DNA of 62,645 nucleotides, the filler included, from Rhabdomonas costata (lineage: Eukaryota): NCBI GenBank assembly GCA_019059605.1. It is 34 parts of 34 records of this genome, joined end to end, with 100 filler letters (N's around TTAATTAATTAA, not from the genome) between each part and the next. Parts side by side here need not be neighbours in the genome. Positions count along the whole stretch, not along the records: positions 11,068 to 12,811 come from JAHMHO010009728.1; positions 12,912 to 14,654 come from JAHMHO010009729.1; positions 14,755 to 16,496 come from JAHMHO010009730.1; positions 16,597 to 18,340 come from JAHMHO010009731.1; positions 18,441 to 20,183 come from JAHMHO010009732.1; positions 20,284 to 22,026 come from JAHMHO010009733.1; positions 22,127 to 23,866 come from JAHMHO010009734.1; positions 23,967 to 25,709 come from JAHMHO010009735.1; 26 more parts are not named here. One strand, 5' to 3'. Positions 11,931 through 25,232 of the stretch are shown here, piece after piece. The notes under the pieces are model-generated. The model saw nothing but the letters and a program-made list of their open reading frames with translations. It was not told where the DNA came from and made no database searches. Position 1 is the first letter of the stretch. Each line of letters starts with the position of its first letter. The translations under genes were made by a program, and so were the position numbers.

Positions 11931-13325
11931 GTGCAAGCAACTGGATTAGAACGTTCAGCTTATAGCATGCGTTTTCCATGGGGGTATGGAAAGAGGCAAA
12001 TCAAAAGACACTGAAAATACGCCAAAAAAATGAGTACACATTTGTTTATGTTTTAAATTTAATAAATAAAAATCACCAAAAATTCCAGAAAAGTAGTCGC
12101 ACACTTGTGCATATGCATAAATAGGATGTATGTTATAAAACAAAATTATAAATAGAGTAAAACGTTTCTATCAAAGACGCTGATTTGGTTGCTTTTGGGA
12201 GTTTTTTGATCCAGTGATATTAGTGCGCATGACCTATGTGTGCACGTGGTGAACCTTGTTACACTGAGACATATGCATCTTAAACCCCCACTGTGTACAG
12301 ACCGTGTTTGCACGTGGTGGTTTCTTCTGCACAAAAAGGCTGTTAAAAATTCTGATAGAGGCGCTCTGGATAGGAATAATTTGCGGAAACAAATCGTGTT
12401 GAACATGGGCCGAAGGAAACTGACGGAGGCGCATGGGAGGGCATAAAAAAGGGGGCGCGTGGCGCGGGCAAAAATTGGTTGAAGCCGAAAGTCTTGCTCC
12501 AAGGCGCGGGCAGCGAGAAAAAATCAAAGTCAACCGCGGCAACGCACAATGAGAACACCACGTACAGAAGAAAGAAAGACGATACACAGAAACACAGGCA
12601 CGCCCTGAGAGAGGTAAAAACAGAGCCACGCATAATATGCCGGGGCGTGTGACGGAAACTCCTGCCGGACGGCGTGGTGAAAGGGTGAACGCGGGCATTT
12701 GTAGTGGGTGTGGGAGATCTGCGGGGAAATGCGGGGAACGGCAGGACGTTGAAACTCCGTTTGAAAACACAATATCCACCTCAAGATGATACAAAGGCAA
12801 CCACCCCACAANNNNNNNNNNNNNNNNNNNNNNNNNNNNNNNNNNNNNNNNNNNNTTAATTAATTAANNNNNNNNNNNNNNNNNNNNNNNNNNNNNNNNN
12901 NNNNNNNNNNNGGTGTGTTTTTACAGTGCTTGAGGGCCCTTGACAGTGTTGATTCTGCTGCTAATGCCCTCGCCTGGGACAAAGAAACCTGCGCTTTATG
13001 GACTGTGCAGTCGTGTGAGGAGTTGATAACCCTTTTTACGGGTTTTAGGTCCACGAAAAAAGACGTTTCCATATCTTTCGTTTGTTGGATCTAGCCTCTT
13101 CTAATCTGGAAGTTTTAAGGGCGTGGTTCGCACTTAGAAGAGAAGAGAGCACTTAGAGTCTGAAATACTGCAACAGCACAGAGCCGAATCTTCTGTCTGA
13201 ATCAGTATACTCCGAGGTGTCGAAATTTCTGAAATACGGAAGAAAAAGAGTGTTAATCCAAAGCTCGTAAGTCGATGCTGATAAAGGGTCAGAGGCACTT
13301 TTTTCTTTGCCTGCGTGGATCACAG

Positions 13326-14262
13326 CGGGATACCGAGGACGAGAGGCGGAAGGCCCGGCAGCTTTACCATGATCTCCTTGCGTTGCCCAGCATGCACGAG
13401 GGTCCCGTTCTCACCGCCTTGAAGCACCGCTACGACCAGGACTTGTACTACACTCAGGTAGAAGCACCCCTACTGCCGCTGTCGCGAGTTAAGAGCGGCA
13501 TTGCCCCGATGCATCCTGTTGCACACACAATGCCTTGTCATTTTGCCATTTCGCGTACTTGGAAGGCGGCAGATGGCACAAACGTCCAGTTTCCATGTCG
13601 AGCAAAGTGGCAGCAGCAGCAGCAGCAGCAGCGACATGACAAGAGGGAGGGAGAATGGAATTAGAGGATATTCAGAGGTCGAAGAGGAACCAACAAAAGA
13701 GCGGGATTTTGGAAAAAGGAAGTGGTGACAGAGCCAATGATGGGCTTTGTACACACACGAACACCAGAATAAAACGAGAATAGATGAAAGGGAATGAAAG
13801 GGATAGTCAGCACAATCGTGCGAACAGAGTTGACAAGAAGTCATCCGGTCGTGAGAAGGAGCGGTCGCTCAGCTGGGAACGTAGCAGAAGATTTGAAGGG
13901 GATATGGGTGGAGGCTGGGTGTGGGGTGTATTGACCCGAGGCGAGGACAGGTGGGAAAATGATTCTGCTGCCTTCTGTCGATGACGCCGACCCCAATAAT
14001 TCCCAGATTACTCCATGGAGGGATGTTTATGCTGCAGATGGGAGAGATTATTCTCTCGCTGAACCCCTACCACGACGTCACTGGGGCCTCGCGACAGGAG
14101 GATTACTTTTTGGGGCCTCCCGCAGGGGGACGCTCCCCGCGATGCCCCCACGCCTGGGACGTCGCCCGTCGGGCCTACTTGGCCATGCGTGAGACGGCCC
14201 GGGACCAGTCCATTCTGATCTCGGGCGAGTCTGGTGCGGGAAAGACTGAGTCCACTAAAATG
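13326..14262 (+). CDS. Myosin motor domain, partial; exons 13326-13457 and 14038-14262
   Basis: [31 protein letters not shown] and [16 protein letters not shown] (P-loop); in-frame GT-AG intron. Confidence 0.96.
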
Positions 14263-14774
14263 GTTACTCCCTCTCTCCCTCTCCCAAAGGTCTGCTTTAC
14301 GCTGAAAATGCGTGTAAGATCGGTTGTTTTGTTGTGAGGCTAGAATCTGGCCTCCATCAGTTAATGGATGGATGAGATCCTGTGTGCCTTAGGCAGTTGT
14401 TTGAACTCGGGTCTTGTTTGAATACGAATTGCAGGTTGCTTGGAAATCTATTTAATTTAACGTTAGATCTTCGGGGTGGCTGAGTTCAGTATAAAATGTA
14501 CTGAACTGTGAACTTCAGGATTTGCATGATTATTTTACTTTTCTCGCAGTGTGGGAAGCTGTTTGCGCTTGCCATTGAGCTCCTATGGTGCTTATATTGA
14601 GTTCCTGTTGTTCTGAAAGCTTTTTGGCTCGTCCAATAGCTTGAACCACCACACNNNNNNNNNNNNNNNNNNNNNNNNNNNNNNNNNNNNNNNNNNNNTT
14701 AATTAATTAANNNNNNNNNNNNNNNNNNNNNNNNNNNNNNNNNNNNNNNNNNNNTTTTGGTGTGTGTGTGTTGG

Positions 14775-15915
14775 GGTCCGCCTCCGAGGATGACGCCACC
14801 ACACTCAGGGCTTCCAGCTGCGCCAGCTGGCTGGGTGCCCTTCCCGTGCGCTTCCACTCCTGGAACACCGAGATCAGCAGCTGCTCTCGGGAGCCCTGCT
14901 CCAAAGAGTTGATCTGCTCGGAGGCGGCCAAGGTGTACATCCACTCATCTGTGGTGAGAGGTTTGTGGGTAAAGCCCTTTTAGATATCACGACTGCCCTA
15001 AAATATGCCAACAGATGAGTCCTCACACATTTGTCGAAAAAAGGAGGGGGGAAACATGGAAATAACACCATGCATTCATGCCGTGGTTTGTTGAGTTGGA
15101 AGGAGAAGCCTCGGTCCGTCCGTTGGTTGTCGCGCGCCGAAGCGGTGGCTCTTTTCTGCCAGCGTACCTGGAACCAATAGGAGGCTGAGCACTCTCGAGT
15201 GTCAGCGGCAGCCCAGGCGACCCCTCGGGACCATTTCCTGGAGTGCCAGTCCCAACCTCATGCTTCATCCTGGCTGAGTGTTGCACCCTGCGATGCCCTC
15301 GGCCGGCCTTCATTTCTCTGCTGTGGACTTCCATCTTCTGTGACGCCACTGGCTAAGTGTTCCTGTGTACTCCTCTCCCGCTGCCATTGACTCTGCATGC
15401 GGCCCCCAAGGGGATGTCCCCTATGGATCATCCATCCATCCATCCATCCATCCATCCATCCATCCATCCATCCATCCATCCATCCATCCATCGATCCATC
15501 CATGTCCAGGGACCACTTCCTCAGCCCCAGCCTCGGCGGTACGCCAGGCGCAACGCCTTCAGGGATACGTTGGTACACATCACGCAGCGGTCAGCTGTCG
15601 GGTTCAATAACTGATTTCACTGGAGTCCATGCAGCGTGCTGGGGACACATTCTGAAAGGCAAAGATCGCGGCAGAAATCTCGCTGTGGGTCTGTTCTTGG
15701 TCAACGAACTGCAGCTTTCGGCAAACTTTGGTCTTCTCTGCGGTTGGGCCTGCACCAGGTGCTCAGAAGGGAGCCCTTTACTCCGCACGAGCGCCAAAAA
15801 CGTGGCGCTTACCCCGGTCGTGGCCTGCGGTGGTTGGGAGGCCCCTGCTGTGACATTCCAGCGCGGCCTGTTCCGGCGCTACCGGGCGCGGTCGGGGGGC
15901 TTCCTCGGAAGTCTA
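14775..15915 (-). CDS. Multi-exon gene fragment, unknown (includes [33 protein letters not shown]); exon structure uncertain
   Basis: GC-rich exon-like blocks near 15915-15813 (GTAAGC donor), 15594-15530 and 14948-14775. Confidence 0.45.
15429..15503. repeat. (CATC)n microsatellite
   Basis: About 18 near-perfect tandem CATC units. Confidence 0.98.
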
Positions 15916-16602
15916 TCCAGTCGTGTGGGGTCGGGGTTTTGCGGACTGGTGCAAGCCATTGGTCGTCAGCTAGGTCTTGGAGTGGTGGGTTCGTCTACTT
16001 GTGAATACCACACAGGCTCCGCCGGACATTGGACCTTAGATTGTGATCCCATCCCTCACACGCGCTTCTTTTGCAGGTAGTGTTGCTCTCATTCCCGCCT
16101 CTTTTCCTCTTTCTTCCGCTGCACACCTACCGAGTTCTGCTTCTTCTCCTGCTGTTCGTACGCTTTTGTCGATGCACCAACCCTGAGCTTTTGTCAGAAA
16201 TCAATCCGGGCCGCAGCTCCTCGATATTTTTGCTTTCTGCCACTTAAACTGCCCACGACACACAAGCCGCAAATCTCACGGATCCGCAACAATTTTTATG
16301 CCGCGCGCATACACCAACATTCCTGGCATTTTTAACTTTCTAAACATAACACCTACCTCCGTCCTACCTGCTTCCGATCTAATTGCCAGTTTTGTTTCAT
16401 GTGCTGACCACTAGACAGTGAACAATGTTGCTTGCTGCTGCTACCGTGGAATCTCTAAGAAAAGCTTGACCAAAAAACCCCAAACACACCCACCACNNNN
16501 NNNNNNNNNNNNNNNNNNNNNNNNNNNNNNNNNNNNNNNNTTAATTAATTAANNNNNNNNNNNNNNNNNNNNNNNNNNNNNNNNNNNNNNNNNNNNGTTT
16601 TT

Positions 16603-16718
16603 GGTGGTGCGGATGTGGTTGACGGCAATATGATCATACCGCTCGATTGCATGGAGGTGAGTTGCTTACGCTGGAAAGACGCGAGCTCCATATTGCCGTC
16701 AACCACATCCGCACCACC
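16603..16718. repeat. Fold-back inverted repeat at contig start (30-bp arms)
   Basis: 16603-16632 is the reverse complement of 16689-16718. Confidence 0.93.
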
Positions 16719-17140
16719 TAAAATGACGAATACATCATCAAATGGAACAAAAAGGTTGGAAGCGACGCCAATTCTGAAGACAAAGACAGGGGTCACTGCA
16801 CATTTTGACTGAGACTGTTGCTGACAATCTTTATTGCCTAGCAGGACCACCCAAGCGCACCCGTACTGACATCGGGCGGTGTGCGTCCCAGTGCATCTGC
16901 GCATCGCCTCTGTAATTATTTCTCAGGCTCCCTCTTGATGAGTGGGGTTGCATTGCATTCTAGCCCTATCCTCCAAACCCTCCCCTCCAGGAGATTTTGG
17001 ATTGTAGTATTTGACGATGAATATGTTTTGCTTCTCAACCTGCGGACGCTGTCGGGGCGTAGGGCGCCCTGCTCAGCCCCGCCTGAGGTTAACCTCTACT
17101 TAGCGGGCAATCCGCAAAAACAAAAACACTAGCATCAAAC

Positions 17141-17296
17141 CTGCAGTGGGGCAGTGATCGGCCAAGGCCACCACTGAAGACCTGCAAAATGCCTGTGCAG
17201 CGTTGGCCACGCACTCTGAGGTGCGGCCGCACCACCCGCACCGCCCGCCAAGGCTCCTGGCGCAGCTGGCACAATTGTGGTGCTGCTCACAGGGGA
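17141..17296 (-). CDS. PSI (plexin/semaphorin/integrin) Cys-rich domain exon
   Basis: CEQHHNCASCARSLGGRCGWCGRTSEC...C...CP, with a CAG acceptor and CAG|GT donor. Confidence 0.8.
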
Positions 17297-18971
17297 CTGA
17301 GTGGCATAAAATGAACCAATACATTCGAATCTTGTTGTGTAGCGGGTGAGTGGCGAGGGGGTATTCCAGCCAAGGGTGCGACATAGAACCCAAAACACCG
17401 ATCTGCGGCTCGCAACCCTCACCAACTGTAAGAAGCTCACCGGAAATGGGGAGGGGAATAATTTAGTTTGGCCCCAAACGTCATTCCCTATTCCCCATCG
17501 CATTGGTCTCTTCCCTTCCGGCGCACACGTCTATGTTGTACTTTCGTTTTTTGTCTGTGTTATTGGGTGCGGAAATAGAGACCACCTTGGCGGGTTCTTC
17601 ACCTTGCCCGTTTCTGGCACGGTTAATTCGTTTTCAACCAGCTCGCAGTGATTAAGGGCCGGGGGTACAACAGTTGAAAAGAAAAAGCGAGCCCCCGATA
17701 AAAAAGCTTTGGACTCCCTTCAGCGGCCTTCCTTCATTCGAAGTCGACTTTCGGCCTTTTTAAGGACCTTTATGACTTCAAAAAAATTTTCCAGGGACCG
17801 GTTGCAGATATGCAAACTGAGCTTAAGACTCCTACGGGGCTGTTTAGGATGTTAAGGGTAGAGCACAGGAGAACTTCATGCTGGAACCAGATTGGACCGG
17901 AATGCTTCCGTTCGTGGCTGCCTTTAGCATTTGCGTCCGGTTTCCGCCATTATATGAGCTGGGAAGTGCCCTTTTGTGGAGTTAGCACGTGTATTCTGCT
18001 ATTCGTAAGGCTTCTTCACAACAATAGGCTGACACAACATCCGCCTCACCGCATGTCGGTATGCCAGCCACCACCAAGAAATAGTACTGGCGACTACTGC
18101 ATTTGATCACATTGTCCTTCGTTGACGCTAATGTCTACGGAGATGCGGTCGGCACATGGAGAACGCGCTCACAAACACATGCTAGCTGCTCACACTGGTT
18201 GTTGAATGAACCTGCAACCCTACCTCATTTTGACTGCTGATATTGTAGCACCAAAAATGGCACATTTCCCCAACCAACGCACCAACATTTGGACAGCAAT
18301 ATGTTATAGTCAGGTCGCGGTACTAGCACCAAGCAGTTTTNNNNNNNNNNNNNNNNNNNNNNNNNNNNNNNNNNNNNNNNNNNNTTAATTAATTAANNNN
18401 NNNNNNNNNNNNNNNNNNNNNNNNNNNNNNNNNNNNNNNNGCCTGTCATCGATGTACTGAAACAGAGAGGAGGGCAGCATTGCGCGAAGTGTTAGCAAAA
18501 AAAGACGAGGGAGGGGGGAAGGGACGGCACAGGCCCCTCAAAGGCAGCCGTTGTGTGAGACAAACGGCATAGCTCATTGAGAGTGCTATGGGGGGTCTCA
18601 GTGATAAAGTGCATAAACGGAAACGAAATTACAAAAAAGCGCGCTCACACAAGTCCAGAAGCAGCAAGCTACAGAGAAAAACGCCCACCCCCCATGATAC
18701 TGGTCCGCCCACTCTCTCTCCGCAGGACTGGGGACGGGCACCCATATGCCGCGAAGGAGACAGAGAGAAGGCAGTGACACTTAAGACGTAGAAGTGGGGA
18801 AGTGGGGTGTAGCAACAATTCTCACAGCACAGACATGCCTGCAGGGAAGTAGAGAGGGGGGAACGGGTACACGCTCACGCACGCCATCACAGAAACCCGT
18901 ACACACGACACACGGCAATAAATTACAGCACGAGGGGAGGGGATTAGTAGTTATATCGTCTGAGACTAGAC

Positions 18972-19392
18972 TCAGACAACGAACCACAGCGGAGAAGGTT
19001 CCGCAGAAGGGTTCACAGAAGGGGGAGGGGTGATGCCCCCCAAGGGAGAATCCGAGCCCATAGCAAGCCCTGAAATCCTTGGGAAAAGTGGAGGAAGGGG
19101 ACTCGAGACGGGATCTAGGGATCTTCTATCCAAGGAAGCCCTGGCGGGAGACGTTTCTGTGCGGCGAAGGGGGGAGCGGGTGGCTGTCGCTGCGTTGGAG
19201 CCGTCTCGGGGCAGTGGCAAAGGGACGCCGAGGGGAGCTATAGTGCGGGTTCCCTCCCCCTGAGGTGGCAAGGGAGGGGAATTCGCGCCGTGAAGCCGCC
19301 GCGACAGGGCCCACAGCACCGCGGCAAAGACAAGAGCGAAAGGGATGACCAGCAGGGTGAGCAGGGCGAACAGCTCAGGGTTGCTGCTACTT
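18972..19392 (-). CDS. Terminal exon of a single-pass membrane protein (TM helix plus Pro/Ser-rich tail)
   Basis: LFALLTLLVIPFALVFAAVLWAL followed by SRR; CAG acceptor; open to a stop. Confidence 0.6.
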
Positions 19393-20330
19393 CTGCACAG
19401 GTGGGTACAGGAAGGCTGAGATTCGGGTGAAGCAAGAAGGCAAGAAGAAGGTCAGCGTATCGGAGCGTAACGAAGAGACAACGGCTCTGTTGGCGGACAG
19501 CTCAGGGTCCACCTGCAGGTCTCGATCTACAGGCACCGCTTGTGCAAGCGGCTGGACCGGAAACGGGGCTTTACTCACGTATTGTCATCGCATACCGACA
19601 AGTGTGGCGATTAGAATGTTGCGCTGGGTTTGTGTCGTGGGTGGTTCCCCATTTTATTGGCGAGGGTTATTGGTCTCTGCGTCTCACTCCATTACAGATC
19701 TTGTCCTTTTTTCCCATGCGCTTGTGATCGACTGCCCTCCGCCAAGATAACGTGGCCACTGGAGCACGCCGGTGTCTCTGCCAACGCAGAGGACACACGG
19801 AGGACACATGCTTCCCAAAATTGACATTCTCTCTCTTTTGCACAATTCTGTGAAACCCCACCTCAAGTACTTTCCCCACGATTTTTCTGTAACAAAGCTG
19901 AACTGGCCCATCAGGTGTATTCGAAACAAAATGGGAGTGCAACACTCACCTGCTGCAACCACACTCACATGCCAAGAAAAAAACTACAGCTTTATTCCTA
20001 AAAAAATTATTGTTATTGTTACGTTCTAACTGGGACACCCGGTATTTCCACCAGCAATCGGCACCAGTGGAAAGGTTGCTGCTGTCCCATTGGAAAAAAA
20101 GATACGTGTCATCGAGAGCCAAAAACCTCATCTGGAGCATTTCAACGGCCCGGTGTCAGGAAAACAGAATGAACCCCACAAACNNNNNNNNNNNNNNNNN
20201 NNNNNNNNNNNNNNNNNNNNNNNNNNNTTAATTAATTAANNNNNNNNNNNNNNNNNNNNNNNNNNNNNNNNNNNNNNNNNNNNGTTGGTTGGGGTTGCGC
20301 AATTCCGTAAGGGGGACCTGCAGGCCAACG

Positions 20331-20432
20331 GGGGTGTAGGAGGATTGGGGCTGATTGAGGATTGGGGAGGACCGGGGTGTAAAAGGATTGGGGCTGATTG
20401 AGGATTGGGGAGGACCGGGGCGGAGGATTGGG
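20331..20432. repeat. G-rich 43-bp tandem repeat (~2.4 copies)
   Basis: 20331-20373 and 20374-20416 differ at 2 positions; internal AGGATTGGGG subunits. Confidence 0.92.
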
Positions 20433-20739
20433 CGCCCGTGAAGATTACTCCAAACTCGCCGAACGGGTTCCCAAGGCTCCGTGAACTCCATCGGTTTTAG
20501 GTCCCGAGGGGGACAAGAACGTGTGTGTTCGCGTGGGTGGGTTTTAGTGTGTTTGTGGGTGGGTGAGCGCGCGCGTCAAGAAACCCGCGGTGACGGAAAA
20601 GCCGCGAGAAGTGCGTGTGAGTTCGGGATCAACGCCGGTGCTGATCCACCAGATCGGAACACCTCGACTCTTGCAGACAAGGAGGGGTGCGCTGATCCAC
20701 ACACATGCATACACACATGCGCACGCACGCACATTGCAG

Positions 20740-20885
20740 GTGCGGTCCTCGCTGGCCAAGGAGGCTGCCCGGGCCGGGACCACCCTTCCGCCGCGTACCC
20801 ACCAGCGGGGCTTTCCCATCCTGGCGGGCGCCCTGTCCGACCCCAACTTCCAGCGCCAGTCGTCGGGGCCAGCCCGACAACCTAA
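20740..20885 (+). CDS. Probable exon, unknown protein (VRSSLAKEAARAGTTLPP...); 3' border uncertain
   Basis: TGCAG acceptor followed by a GC3-rich open frame. Confidence 0.45.
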
Positions 20886-22679
20886 GCAAGCCAATACACG
20901 GGCACAGCCGCCCACACCGAAGAAGACAAAGCGGAGGAGGCCACCGCCCCGCACCACGAAAGGGCAACGCGCAGCACCCCACCACACATGCGCACCACAT
21001 GCCCAGAACATTGTGCTGCGCTCAAGGCCAATTTTGCTTGTACTGGCTTCTTCCGTTGACAAAATAAATTGCGTTAAACTCAGGACTACTGAATTCTTGG
21101 TTTCTTTTTTTTTTGGCTGCTTCCATGCTACTATTTCTAAAAACCTGAATGCGCGCTGTGGTTGTTCTAGGGCTTTGTGCGCCTTTCAGCGGTTTCTCGC
21201 CCCGTTGCGCAACAAAGCCGGGCCTTTTATTGATATATGCGTGCGTCAAAAATGCCTCGGACGATATTACCACCCCGCTGATGCTAATGACAGGGCTTAT
21301 GGCCTGACTTTTCACGTTGAAATGCGTTCCCGTTTTTTGGTTCCACTATCCTTTAACTCCTAATTATTGCGCGGATTTAGTTTTCTATCATCTTTTTCAT
21401 AACCCCGAGGCAAAGCGTTATAAAGAATAAATCAATGATTCTATTCCATATTTTAATAATGGTTTAAAAATGGAGCGATGGAGAAAATGGAGAAATATTT
21501 ACCACAACTCATTGAAATAAGTTGCGGGTCAAGGCAAGTAGTTTTGTGGGGATTGCAGTTTCGGTCTAGCAAAAGGTGGTTTAATATAAGACCTTTTTAG
21601 TTTTGGTAAAGCTCTATCACAGCTGGGGCTAATAAAATCAAAAGACACGTTGATTGTACGGAAGCTTCGCGGCGGTGCACCGACATATATTTTGAACTAA
21701 GCTTTGTCGGCATGGTAGTATTTACCATTACCAAATAACATTTTGCGCAAGATCAAATATTAATTGGTAATGTCGGTGCCATAAGAAGAAAAGGGCTAAG
21801 AAGAAGCAGGCCTCCCGAAACGCGGCGTGGCCGGTCCTTGGGGTCAGGAGCGTCCCGAACTTTCACCCTCGGCCAGTGAAGGTGCCCCTTGGCGCTCTTT
21901 CGTAACCTTTTGCACCGCCCTTGCCCCATGCAGCGGAGGGTTTACGACAGCACCCACAACGTACTTTACAACAAACCCTGGGCATGGACCACAGCCACAC
22001 ATGCCTCCTCAGTAACCCCCCCAACCNNNNNNNNNNNNNNNNNNNNNNNNNNNNNNNNNNNNNNNNNNNNTTAATTAATTAANNNNNNNNNNNNNNNNNN
22101 NNNNNNNNNNNNNNNNNNNNNNNNNNGGGGGGTGGGGGAAGGAAATCGCAATATGCTGCTTTGTCCCCATTGCCCAATGCGATTTCCTTCCCGCACCCCA
22201 CTGCTGCAAATTTAAGCCATTTGAAGCCGATGGACGAAAAACCACTCCTCACCAATCCGGTTCGGACGACGTTTTCCGGAGTAAATCGATGGCGGTGTCA
22301 TGAACCGGCTTGACATTCCCCGAAAACCGGAAAAAACCGGATCCGGACCGCTGCATTGTAAAATCTTCGACAAGGAATGGGGATAAAATCCCCCCTAGCG
22401 ACGCCAAAGGGCGTCCGCCCAAGAGAAAACCGCAAGGAGACAAAAGGACCGCAACAAGTCGGTCTTGCACAAAATCCAACGATATTGCGGGAACACTTGC
22501 GTGGCCTTGCTTGCACAAGGTGGGCGCTGCCTCTACTTACCTAGGTGACTCGCACCTAGACCGTGGCTTCACTTCTTCGCTTCTTTGGGGTTGCTGTGGA
22601 GCTGCTTTCCTCTAGTTTTGCCTTTCTGAAATTGAAAGGGGGGGAGCCGACCACTTGCCTTCACAAAGCCGGTTTGTGA

Positions 22680-23853
22680 TCTGGAAACATTTTGGAGCAC
22701 AGCTTCTGCAAATGAAGCGGTGGATGAGATGCACGTGTGGCTCTGGGGTGGGTGGCTGCTCTGGACACAGGTGGGGTCGAATTGTCGGGACTTGGGTCAC
22801 CCCTTATGGGCTGTTCTCGCCGCTTATGTCTTTCCACAATCTCCCAACCAAAGCGAAGGATGTGGAAGGGGCACACGACTTCACACACCATGTCCTGTGT
22901 AACTCCGCAGCGTTACCACCCACACACACTCTGCAAACCCAACGCTTCCGTACCATCTGCGGGGCCCTCCTGATATCCGCTCGGCTCTGGCCTGCGGCTC
23001 TGCTGTGGTTATTTTAGGGCACCTCTGTAACAACAAAAGGCAAAAAGCAACGAGAAAAACACTCTGGAAAACAAAGAGACCTGACGAGTTTTGGATTTCT
23101 TCAACACCTAACGTAAAATTTGAAATCCTAGACAAAAAAGGTACCCTCACCTTTCAAACCGCCGCTGTGTAACACGCCACACTGTCCGTATTCTCAGCCT
23201 GCATCCGCTGAGGACTTGTCTGTAAAAATCCTCTGAAATCTCGGCCTCCTCGTCTCTTTCACCTGTGAAAACTCTGGAAAAACGCTGCGGATGCATCCTT
23301 CTTCCTGCAAAACTACGAAAACATACCACCTGAATCACTGCAGTCGGGTTGTGTGCACGCATTCCACTCCAATGCGGCCTCCATCCCGTGGCCTGGCTCT
23401 CTGTCTCACCAGGGGTCTTCCCCCACTAACTCTATCGGCCATCCGTTTGTCACCTGGCCCTCCTCTGCTCTGCTCTCTTGCCCAGCTGTGGATAGGTAGA
23501 CTGACCTAGCGTTTGGCCAGGAGCTGGCTCACGAGAGGCTGAGATCCGTCTACGCTCACCTTGTCGGATCTATGGAATTTCTATGAAACCTCTGGAAACT
23601 AGTCTCTGGAAACACATTGATGTCCTTGCTATCTTACTCTGGAATGAGGAACACCTTGGTGACCTGGACCGTTACACGCTTCCCTGCTAGGACGGAGAAC
23701 TTCCCAACAGACGGGCGACATCCAATCATTCATTACGGTCCAGCTCTATAAAACTGCGGAAAATCACCTGTGTAACTCGTCCTCTGGAACATCTCTGCAC
23801 CAGATCTTCTTACAAACACTTTACAACACGCAGACAACACACGTTCTGGAAAC
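22680..23853 (+). repeat. Cluster of eight TCTGGAA motifs in a non-coding, LTR-like stretch
   Basis: Copies near 22680, 23063, 23273, 23591, 23605, 23638, 23783 and 23845, all on the same strand. Confidence 0.75.
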
Positions 23854-24061
23854 ACGCCACACCACANNNNNNNNNNNNNNNNNNNNNNNNNNNNNNNNNN
23901 NNNNNNNNNNTTAATTAATTAANNNNNNNNNNNNNNNNNNNNNNNNNNNNNNNNNNNNNNNNNNNNGCGGGTGTGGGTGCATGTAGAAGGCGCAAGAACC
24001 GGTGGCTGTGATATTCTGGTGTGCCAATGTGTGCATGTCCATGTTGTTTTATAAATCTCAG

Positions 24062-25232
24062 CTGGAAGAAGCGGAGCAACGTCATGCTGATCAGATGAGC
24101 GCTCAGAAGCAGCTGTGGGAAAAGGTTTGTTTGTCCGGACTTATATCTTCAGCATTGACTTTCTCATAAAGCTACCACTGTTTCTGGCGCTGTCATGTGG
24201 ACCTTCATTGAATGGACTTCAAGGGAAGCACATTCGTTTTTTTATTTGTTTCAGATCGGTGTGTTTAATTTTGGTTGCAACGTTTGCTCCCAAGAATTTT
24301 TGGCTGTGAACATCGTACGCATCGGATTGAACAGTTTGAATGAGAAGCAGACGTTAAAAATGGAACCGAGGGCAATTGTCATTCTTGTGAGGTTCGGGTC
24401 GGTTAATTTGTTGAATGCCCCCCCCCCACAGCAACGCTATAAAAATTGAAGCGGCGCCTTAAAAATATACAGGGGCGATGTAACAAGTTTCCAAAACCGA
24501 AAAATTTATAGCGAGCAGCGCGGCAAAACGGTTCACCACAGAACAGGACAGAAATCTCCCATGTCGGTCTCAGGAGCATGCGCTCACATGCTAAAATAGC
24601 AAAAATTAACTACCCAAAAGCGCATCGTCATCCCAATTAGAAGACACAGAAAAGAGAGGAAGCCTTGCTCCCAGCGTGGCACTCAACCCCCGAGGCTCTT
24701 TGGGGGGATGTCCGTGGTCATGTACAGCGCGGAGCCGTGGCAGAGGTGCTGCAGTGGCAAAAAGGTAGGAAAGAAATGGTTTGTAAGAAAAAGAAGTCTG
24801 TGTTTACACCAACAAGGATAAATGCGGGAAACGTCAGTTTTTTAACTTTTAGAATGTGTTTTTTTAAACACTTTTTAAAATTTTTAGATTTTTAGAATTT
24901 TATAGGGACGTTAAGAATATTTCTCATTTTTTGGGCGATGCTATGAACTGGGTCGAGCTCCGCTGCGAGGTGTTTATTTGGTCTCCCAGGGGGTTAGGGG
25001 GCGGTGCATGTGTCCCCGAGGTGAGTTTATTTGGTCTCGGCGTGACCTATAATAGAGTATGCGTGTTTTTTTCCCGTGTACGTCTGTGTTCGTCTTTCAG
25101 GCTGAAAAGCGGCGCCGCGCGCAGTGGGCGGAGGAGCACGGCAAGAAAATAAAAGACGGGGCACTCAAGGCGCTGGAGCCGGAGATCGCACAGCTGATGA
25201 ACAGGCACCGCCAAGAGAAGGCGAGGCTTGAG
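24062..25232 (+). CDS. CEP131: Centrosomal protein CEP131/AZI1, partial; exons 24062-24124 and 25101-25232
   Basis: Splices to QLWEK|AEKRRRAQWAEEHGKKIKDGALKALEPEIAQLMNRHRQE, matching the CEP131 KKIK..T...LEPEI..L...H block. Confidence 0.88.

Noticed and set aside
15510..15925. Plus-strand exons suggesting a second inverted gene
   Set aside because: The same blocks read better as minus-strand exons (GTAAGC donor), co-oriented with the 14.9-kb exon.
21677..21779. 10-bp inverted repeat GCACCGACAT as MITE ends
   Set aside because: It is short, has no target-site duplication, and has no second copy in the window.
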